The notes under the pieces are model-generated. The model did no database searches. It had not been told where the DNA came from and saw only the letters and a list, made by a program, of their open reading frames with translations. DNA of 51,584 bases from an uncultured Acidimicrobiaceae bacterium (GTDB taxonomy: Bacteria; Actinomycetota; Acidimicrobiia; Acidimicrobiales; Bog-793). Made by a program: the position numbers and the translations under genes. This document shows, one piece after another, positions 45,514 to 51,584 of the stretch (the stretch's first letter is position 1; every line of letters starts with the position of its first letter). The stretch is from positions 1 through 51,584 of the forward strand of contig CAZAMA010000004.1 in the NCBI GenBank assembly GCA_964485645.1, given 5' to 3'.

Positions 45514-46563
45514 TCAGCTTGGACAGGCTGCCTCCAGCGCCGCGATGGCCGCGCCCCTCGCACCGGCCATGTCAAGGTCGGGAACCAGCCCGAACACAGC
45601 CTTGGCCGCCGACTCGGCCCGAAGTGTCGTGCTCTTCCTCACAGTCGCGAGGAACCATTCCTGGAAGGCCTCGCCCGTCTCCACGACGCCTCCCCCGACG
45701 AAGTAGGCGTCGGCGTCGAGAAGGTTCGCGGCGATGGTGAACAGCCGACCGAGAGCCGCGGCCTGCTGGCCGAATATCGCGAGGGCCATCGGGTCGCCCG
45801 CCTCGGCGTAGGAGCGGATCGCCCGCGCCGCTCGCGACACTGGCTGCACGGACGCGAGCTCGTGGTCGGCAAAGCGCGACAGGAAGTAGGGCAACAAATT
45901 GCGCTCGATACCGGTGAGCGAAGCGACGCTCTCCGCGTCGCCGGCCAGTCCGCAGTTGCACTTTGGAACCGGCTGGCCGGGCTCGAGCAGGCCCTCCAGC
46001 GGAATGCTGACGTGGCCCAGCTCACCAGCCTGGCCGCTCGTCCCCTCGACGACCCTCCCCCACTGCACGATCCCGCCCCCGAGGCCGGTCCCCACGATCG
46101 CAGACACCGACGAGCGGGTGAGCCGATCTTCGCCAAAGTGGAGGCGATGGGCGTACAGCGCCGCGGCATTGCCGTCGTTGCTGTAGATCACAGGCAGGGC
46201 CAGCCTCGCCTCGAGGTGCCCGCGCAGATCGAAACCCCGCCACCCTGGGTCCTCGAAGTTGGCGGAGCCCTCCACCGAGAGGACGCCATCGGAGCTCGCA
46301 GGCCCCGGGCTGTCGAGTCCGACGGCACATACCCGCTCTCTCGGGATCCCCGTCACGGCGAGTGCCGTTTCGAGTGCCTCCTCGAGCGCGTCCAGTCCCG
46401 CGGAGGTACCCTCCCGCACGCGGCTTGGGATCTCGACCATCTCCTCGATGAGGAACCGCCCCGAACGGTCCAGCACCGTCACGTTGTTGCACGTCCCACC
46501 GTTGTCGATGCCGACGACGACGGACTCGCCAAATCCGAGCGACCCTTTGCCTGCTGGGCTCAC
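45514..46563 (-). CDS. ROK-family sugar kinase (glucokinase-like)
   Basis: VVGIDNGGT, GELGHVSI, and the zinc motif CNCGLAGDAES. Confidence 0.9.
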   Translation of the reverse strand: MSPAGKGSLGFGESVVVGIDNGGTCNNVTVLDRSGRFLIEEMVEIPSRVREGTSAGLDALEEALETALAVTGIPRERVCAVGLDSPGPASSDGVLSVEGSANFEDPGWRGFDLRGHLEARLALPVIYSNDGNAAALYAHRLHFGEDRLTRSSVSAIVGTGLGGGIVQWGRVVEGTSGQAGELGHVSIPLEGLLEPGQPVPKCNCGLAGDAESVASLTGIERNLLPYFLSRFADHELASVQPVSRAARAIRSYAEAGDPMALAIFGQQAAALGRLFTIAANLLDADAYFVGGGVVETGEAFQEWFLATVRKSTTLRAESAAKAVFGLVPDLDMAGARGAAIAALEAACPS

Positions 46564-47534
46564 CGTGTTGCCACCGGCGCGTCGCTGCTGCCGACGTAGG
46601 GGCCCGCGACGAGCGGAGCCACCTCCTTCGCAACGAGTCGGAGGTGGTCGAGATCCTCGAGGTCGAGGAACTGCAAGTAGACGCGCGCGACACCCAGATC
46701 CATGTAGGTGGCGAGCTTCTCGGCCACCTCGGCGGGGCTGCCTGCGAGCCCGTCGGAGCGCAACGCCGCCACATCCCGGCCGATACGAGCGGCCCGCTGC
46801 GCGACTTCTTGCACGTTGGCCCCGCAGCAGACGACGAGAGCGACCGAGCGCAGCACAGAGCTCGGATCCCGGCCAAGCGCCTCACAAGCCGCGTCCAGCA
46901 GGCCGAACTGGCGCCCGCAGAGATCGAGCGGGGCAAAGGGCACGTTGAGCTCGTCTGCGAAGCGGGCCGCGAGGCGCGGCGTCAACCGCTGGCCGTGCCC
47001 CCCGATGATTATCGGCGGCCGAGGGTTCTGGATGGGACGTGGAAGCGCCGGGCTAGCGGCTAGTTGGAAGTGGCGTCCCGCGAAGTCGAACACATCCCCC
47101 TCCGCCGTGTCCCACAAGCCCGTGATGATCTCCAGCTGCTCCTCGAGACGCTCGAAGCGCTCCCCGAGAGACGGGAACGGGATCCCATATGCTGTGTGCT
47201 CGTCCTCGTACCAGCCTGCCCCGAGGCCGAGCTCGACGCGACCGCCGCTCATTGCGTCGACCTGCGCGACCGAGATCGCAAGCGGCCCTGGCAGGCGGAA
47301 CGTGGCGGCGCTGAGCAGCGTCCCGAGCCGGATCTTCTCGGTCTCCCGGGCAAGTCCTGCGAGAGTGAGCCAGGCATCGGTCGGACCCGGCAGGCCACTC
47401 ACCGAGCCCATCTTCAGATAGTGATCGGAGCGGAAGAACGCCCCGTAGCCGCACTCTTCGGCCGTCCTCGCGACGGCAAGTAGCTGACCGTAGGAGGCGC
47501 CTTGTTGGGGTTCGGTGAACACACGCAGTTCCAT
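46560..47534 (-). CDS. LLM-class (luciferase-like) F420-dependent oxidoreductase
   Basis: MELRVFTEPQQGASYGQLL..FFRSDHY is typical of the F420-dependent LLM subfamily. The ATG at 47534 follows AGGA. Confidence 0.88.
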   Translation of the reverse strand: MELRVFTEPQQGASYGQLLAVARTAEECGYGAFFRSDHYLKMGSVSGLPGPTDAWLTLAGLARETEKIRLGTLLSAATFRLPGPLAISVAQVDAMSGGRVELGLGAGWYEDEHTAYGIPFPSLGERFERLEEQLEIITGLWDTAEGDVFDFAGRHFQLAASPALPRPIQNPRPPIIIGGHGQRLTPRLAARFADELNVPFAPLDLCGRQFGLLDAACEALGRDPSSVLRSVALVVCCGANVQEVAQRAARIGRDVAALRSDGLAGSPAEVAEKLATYMDLGVARVYLQFLDLEDLDHLRLVAKEVAPLVAGPYVGSSDAPVATR

Positions 47535-47601
47535 GGCAGGTTGTCCTAGCACCAAAGGGTCACTGGGGGACCACTCCGCAGACGCGCGTCGGTCCGCAAG
47601 C

Positions 47602-47997
47602 TCAAGCGAGACGGGCGAAGTCCCCCACGAGGAGGACGACCACGAGCACCATTATCGCGAGGTACAGAGCTGAGATCTGCCACCTCCACTTGTGGTCTGC
47701 CACGAAGAAGCGGCGCATGCCTTTCACGTCGAACACGAGAGCCAGAAGGCCGATCGGAATACCGATTATCGGCGTAAAGCCGGCGGCGGCACCGAGGGCC
47801 GGACCGAGTATCGGGAAGACGACATAGCCGAGCAGGCACCTCGTGGCCGAGATGAGGATCGAGGTGCTGAACAAGCGATGGGCCGCCTCGTCGGCGTGGC
47901 GCGTGGGCCGCACGTCTGGGACCCGCAGCAGCCGACGCATGACGACGTCGGCCGCCGACCGCTCCGAAAGGCCGCTTGATCCGGCGAGCACGCTCAC
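47602..47997 (-). CDS. Hypothetical membrane protein
   Basis: Three or four predicted TM segments (ILISATRCLLGYVVFPILGPALG, IIGIPIGLLALVF, ISALYLAIMVLVVVLLV). The start is uncertain. Confidence 0.55.
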   Translation of the reverse strand: MSVLAGSSGLSERSAADVVMRRLLRVPDVRPTRHADEAAHRLFSTSILISATRCLLGYVVFPILGPALGAAAGFTPIIGIPIGLLALVFDVKGMRRFFVADHKWRWQISALYLAIMVLVVVLLVGDFARLA

Positions 47998-48136
47998 GAC
48001 CTACAGGCTAGGAGGTGGCGCGGCCCGATTCCAGCCGGGCCGGGATCCCTTGCGCCTTGTTGCCAGCACCGCCCGGTGGATGTGGCGAAGGAATTCCCTA
48101 GCGCTTTCGATCTCCATGTGTGCCAGCCGCGCGGCT

Positions 48137-48541
48137 CTACTCGAGGACCGAGACGCAGTCGGAGGTACACCCGGGCCGCAGGGCTCCGCCCGCCGCGAGG
48201 TCCTCGGCAGGGCGGTGGAGAACTGCCTTGGTCGGCCGCAAGGTGACCAAGTTGTCACCTTGGCCGGCGCCGATGGCGGTAACGACCTCCGCATCGACGA
48301 TGAGGCTGTAGCCGCCTGGCGCAAAAGGTGGCCAGAGCAGTGCGACGAGGGGTCGGGCCGCAGCATTCGCAAGCGTCGCGTTCCCCGGGGCCGTCGCAAG
48401 CAGGTTGTCGACCCACCGGACCCCGACGCCGACGCTGTGGGGTCGTCCGTCCGGGCCGACTGTCAAGAGGTAGCCGCGCGGCCCGAACTCCTCGATGCGC
48501 TCTTGCAGCCCAGCCAACTCGACAGGGATAGTCATAGGCAA
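48137..48541 (-). CDS. Pyridoxamine 5'-phosphate oxidase (PPOX)-family split-barrel protein
   Basis: 134 aa with a GYLLTVGPDGRPHSVGV pattern typical of the PPOX/F420-binding family. Confidence 0.75.
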   Translation of the reverse strand: MPMTIPVELAGLQERIEEFGPRGYLLTVGPDGRPHSVGVGVRWVDNLLATAPGNATLANAAARPLVALLWPPFAPGGYSLIVDAEVVTAIGAGQGDNLVTLRPTKAVLHRPAEDLAAGGALRPGCTSDCVSVLE

Positions 48542-48594
48542 GAGCCTAGAGGCGCGAGAGGCGCCGCGCGGCGCCTGGCGGGCGGCTGGCTAAG

Positions 48595-49488
48595 GTGCCG
48601 TCGGTGCTCGAAACCCCCCTCGTGTCTCGCTGCCGGGTCGCCGACGGATCCGAGATCGCCGTCTACGACCTGGGCGGGGGCGGTCAGCCGTTGCTCCTGG
48701 CACACGCCACGGGGTTTCACGCGATGGTTCTCGCCGAGCTCGCCGGGTGCCTCGATTCCTACCACTGCTACGCCCTCGACTTCCGCGGGCACGGGTGCTC
48801 CCGGTCCGCCGCAGGGTGGCAGGGAGAGTGGTCGGCATTCGCGACCGACGTGCTCGGGGTCGTCGAGTCTCTCGGCCTCGAGAGCCCGTACGGCTTCGGC
48901 CACTCCTGTGGTGGCACGGCTCTGCTGCTCGCAGAGGAGAGGGTCCCGGGCACCTTCGCCCAGATCTACGGCTACGAGCCGGTGGTGCTGCCCCTCCTCG
49001 AGCCGCAACCTCCCGCCTTCGATCACCCGCTCGCCCTTGGTGCCGCCCGGCGCCGCGAGCGGTTCGCGTCCAAGGCGGAAGCGCTCGCGAACTACGCGTC
49101 CAAGCCGCCGCTCAGCTCGGTCGATCCGCGGGTGCTGAGGGCATATGTCGAGCATGGTTTCGAGAGCGAGCCGGACGGGAGCGTGCGGCTCCGATGCCGG
49201 CCGTCCGACGAGGCGATGGTGTTCGCAAACGCCACGGGCCACTACGGCTATCGCGACCTGCCAAAGGTACGGTGCCCCGTCGAGCTTGCATGCGGCGCGC
49301 TCTCGAGCGACTTCGGCGAGGACGACCTCGCAACCCTCGCGCGGCGTTTGACGTCGGCGGGCGGGAGATCGAGAGTCACGGTGCTCGATGCTCTCGACCA
49401 CTTCGGCCCGATGGTACGGCCTGACCTTGTCGCCGCCTCGATCGTGGCGGCGTTCAGCTCTTCCCCGGTCCCCGGCCCGAGCACATAG
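48595..49488 (+). CDS. Alpha/beta hydrolase
   Basis: HG oxyanion region LLLAHATGFH, nucleophile elbow GHSCGG, and C-terminal DH (ALDHFGP). Confidence 0.87.
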   Translation: MPSVLETPLVSRCRVADGSEIAVYDLGGGGQPLLLAHATGFHAMVLAELAGCLDSYHCYALDFRGHGCSRSAAGWQGEWSAFATDVLGVVESLGLESPYGFGHSCGGTALLLAEERVPGTFAQIYGYEPVVLPLLEPQPPAFDHPLALGAARRRERFASKAEALANYASKPPLSSVDPRVLRAYVEHGFESEPDGSVRLRCRPSDEAMVFANATGHYGYRDLPKVRCPVELACGALSSDFGEDDLATLARRLTSAGGRSRVTVLDALDHFGPMVRPDLVAASIVAAFSSSPVPGPST

Positions 49489-49559
49489 CTGGCCCCTCTC
49501 GGCCGAGAGCGAGCCTGCGTGGCGCTCCGGCGATCGGCGCTGCCTCTACGCCCGCCTCG

Positions 49560-50069
49560 TCAACGGTCCGAGGCGTGCTCCGCCGCGAGCAGGGCCTGCA
49601 GGGCGGCATCCTTCTCGCGAACCTCGGCGGCAGTCTGTTCGCCAAATACACGGAGCCTGTCCGAGAGCTCGCGATCGCCGATGGCGAGCATCCGCACCGC
49701 CAACAGTCCGGCGTTGCGGGCGCCGTCTATGGCAACAGTGGCAACCGGGATGCCCTTCGGCATCTGCACTATCGACAACAGCGAGTCCAGGCCGTCGAGC
49801 TTCGCGAGAGCGATGGGCACTCCGATGACAGGAAGGGTCGTGACCGCGGCAATGACACCTGGAAGGTGCGCGGCTCCCCCGGCACCGGCGATTATGACCT
49901 GGATCCCGCCTGCAGCCGCCCCGCGCGCATAGGCAAGGGTGTCGTCGGGCGTCCGGTGGGCAGAGAGCACCCTCATCTCCCACTCGACGCCGAAGCCGTC
50001 CAGAGCCGTGGCTGCCTGGCGCATGACGGCAAGGTCGGAGTCGCTCCCCATGACGATGGCGACGCTCAA
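49560..50069 (-). CDS. purE: 5-(carboxyamino)imidazole ribonucleotide mutase
   Basis: [11 protein letters not shown]...SAHRTP...[14 protein letters not shown]...PVIGVP are canonical PurE blocks. A TTG start at 50069 is inferred. The track ORF extension to 50498 is rejected. Confidence 0.9.
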   Translation of the reverse strand: MSVAIVMGSDSDLAVMRQAATALDGFGVEWEMRVLSAHRTPDDTLAYARGAAAGGIQVIIAGAGGAAHLPGVIAAVTTLPVIGVPIALAKLDGLDSLLSIVQMPKGIPVATVAIDGARNAGLLAVRMLAIGDRELSDRLRVFGEQTAAEVREKDAALQALLAAEHASDR

Positions 50070-50647
50070 CGCGATCTGATTCCTTTCACTGGAGGGTCCG
50101 GCAACGGCGAGATGGCGCGTCCAATTCTCCCGAGCGCGAGCCCGACGACCACCCCACCAAGGACGTCGGACGCGTGGTGGATGCGCACGTGGATCCGGCT
50201 CGCGGCCACGACGGCGGCCGCGCCGTAGTAGAGGAGCGCCCGGTCGTCGCCTTCCGCGAGCAGCGTCGCTCCGCAAAAGGCCGCCGTGGCATGTCCGCTC
50301 GGGAAGCTGGACGTGAGGGGTTGGCGCAGCGGATAGGGATGCTCGACCTGGACGACCGGTCTGCGTCGCCGAAAGAGGCTCTTCAGCCCGGCGTTGACGA
50401 GCACGGACTCGATGCCCGTGGCCGCCACCGCGCGTATCGCGGCCCGCTCGTCGTTCGGCCGGCCACGCACCGCCCGCAACGCCGCGAAGATCACCCATAA
50501 GAGGCCGAAGTCACCGACGGCCGAGGCCACGTAGAACACGATGTCAGCTGCCCAGTTGCCTCGCAGGTGAGCGAACCAGCCGTCGACGCGCTCGTCCCAC
50601 TCCTCGACGCGGGCGCGCACGTCGATCTTATTGTGGAGAAAGGTCAA
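50066..50647 (-). CDS. PAP2-family phosphatase
   Basis: [16 protein letters not shown] and [13 protein letters not shown] motifs. The start is inferred at TTG 50647 (TTGA overlap with the upstream stop) or GTG 50620. Confidence 0.8.
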   Translation of the reverse strand: MTFLHNKIDVRARVEEWDERVDGWFAHLRGNWAADIVFYVASAVGDFGLLWVIFAALRAVRGRPNDERAAIRAVAATGIESVLVNAGLKSLFRRRRPVVQVEHPYPLRQPLTSSFPSGHATAAFCGATLLAEGDDRALLYYGAAAVVAASRIHVRIHHASDVLGGVVVGLALGRIGRAISPLPDPPVKGIRSR

Positions 50648-51507
50648 GCCGGCAGCGTAGCCGCCGGGCGAACCCGCGAGCGCGCAACCGGGGCGACCGC
50701 GACTATCTCGTGGGCTGCCCGGGTCGGGTCGCCGCCGAAAGCGGGGCAGTACTGCTGGAAGGAGCACCATCTGCAAAGCGCGGACGGGCTCGGGCGGAAG
50801 TCCCCTCGCTCGCACGCCCGCTCGATCGCGGTCCAGACGGCCCTCGCGCGCTGGTGGACCCCCCGCAGCGACTGCTCGGTCGCTTCAGCCGACACGACGA
50901 GGCGGTCCCTCAGGTACACGAGCCGGACCACGGTCGGTCGCTCGCCAAGGACACGCTCGCACAACAGTGCATAGAGCTGGACCGACGAGAGACGCGATCT
51001 CGACTGCTCGGCCCGCGGCGCTCGTCCGGTCTTGTAGTCGACGACGGCGAGCGAGCCGTCCTGGAGGCGATCAAGGCGATCGATGATCCCCCGAAGCGTC
51101 ATCCCGTCGACCTCGGTCCGCAGGTCGAGCTCGAGACCGACCGCGTTCACCGAGTTCGGATCCTCGATCTCGAAATAGCGGTCGACGAGGCTGGATGCCT
51201 CCTTGAGGAACGTGCCCTCGTCCTGCTCGCCAAGGCCGAGCGCGACGAAGTCGGTCGACTCGCGCATCTCCTCGAAGCTGCGCGAAAGCATCAAGTGGGC
51301 CTGGGTCGCGTCACGCCGGCCCACCTCGCACTCCGAGAACAGCAGCTGCAGCGCCCGGTGCACGAGGGTCCCCTTGAGCGCAGGGGCGGATGCCACCTCG
51401 GGCAGGTGCTCTACGACCGAGAAGCGGAACGACAACGGGCAGCTCGTGAAGGAGCTGATCTTCGAGGGTGTGAGCGTTGCGGGAAGCTCGAATGACATTT
51501 CCCGCAA
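50644..51507 (-). CDS. PD-(D/E)XK nuclease family protein (RecB/Cas4-like Fe-S cysteine pattern)
   Basis: N-terminal FTSCPLSFRF, core IDRLD...VVDYKTG, and C-terminal CRWCSFQQYC. Confidence 0.85.
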   Translation of the reverse strand: MREMSFELPATLTPSKISSFTSCPLSFRFSVVEHLPEVASAPALKGTLVHRALQLLFSECEVGRRDATQAHLMLSRSFEEMRESTDFVALGLGEQDEGTFLKEASSLVDRYFEIEDPNSVNAVGLELDLRTEVDGMTLRGIIDRLDRLQDGSLAVVDYKTGRAPRAEQSRSRLSSVQLYALLCERVLGERPTVVRLVYLRDRLVVSAEATEQSLRGVHQRARAVWTAIERACERGDFRPSPSALCRWCSFQQYCPAFGGDPTRAAHEIVAVAPVARSRVRPAATLPA

Positions 51508-51584
51508 GAATAGGCCCGCGGTGTAACAAGTCCGCGGATGTCTGGAACTGCGCTCAGGCCCGCACGGCTGTCAGGCCCGCACGG

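Noticed and set aside
48532-49401. 289-aa minus-strand ORF
   Set aside because: Antisense to the alpha/beta hydrolase gene, which has clear HG, GHSCG and DH motifs on the plus strand.
50070-50498. Upstream extension of the purE ORF (312 aa in the track)
   Set aside because: The extension overlaps the PAP2 gene in another frame and is Arg/Gly-rich. PurE homology begins at [10 protein letters not shown].

Overview
High-GC (about 65-70%), actinobacterial-type chromosomal segment, gene-dense and mostly transcribed on the minus strand. In window order: (1) an IS256-family element at the left edge; (2) a 5-gene peptide (Opp/Dpp-type) ABC importer; (3) a DeoR-controlled sugar-derivative cluster (SDR, BtpA/SgcQ-like, FGGY kinase, SDR); (4) a decayed patch at 14.2-15.1 kb containing a tRNA 3'-end fragment, a small RHH ORF and integrase-like debris; (5) a secreted phosphoesterase; (6) a repeat-rich convergent spacer; (7) a GntR regulator, a Liv-type ABC importer and an FAH-family hydrolase; (8) an oxalate catabolism operon (oxc, frc, a domain-permuted ADP-forming acyl-CoA synthetase, an OFA-family MFS transporter); (9) soxR, facing a textbook 19-bp-spacer MerR-type promoter that drives an unknown leaderless 430-aa gene; (10) a CUT1 sugar ABC importer whose LacI regulator is a pseudogene; (11) housekeeping genes (ROK kinase, F420-type LLM oxidoreductase, PPOX, alpha/beta hydrolase, purE, PAP2, PD-(D/E)XK nuclease). 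The best candidate for an undescribed system is a tightly overlapping five-gene minus-strand operon at 38264-45151. It encodes a large HhH plus sigma-region-4 HTH protein, a coiled-coil unknown, a protein that looks like a Walker-A-less ATPase paralog, a DUF2791/BrxD-like P-loop ATPase and an SF2 DECH helicase. It sits between the dead lacI-family gene and the ROK kinase and lacks the partner genes of known BREX or Shango systems. All family assignments come from motif reading by eye; no database search was run.
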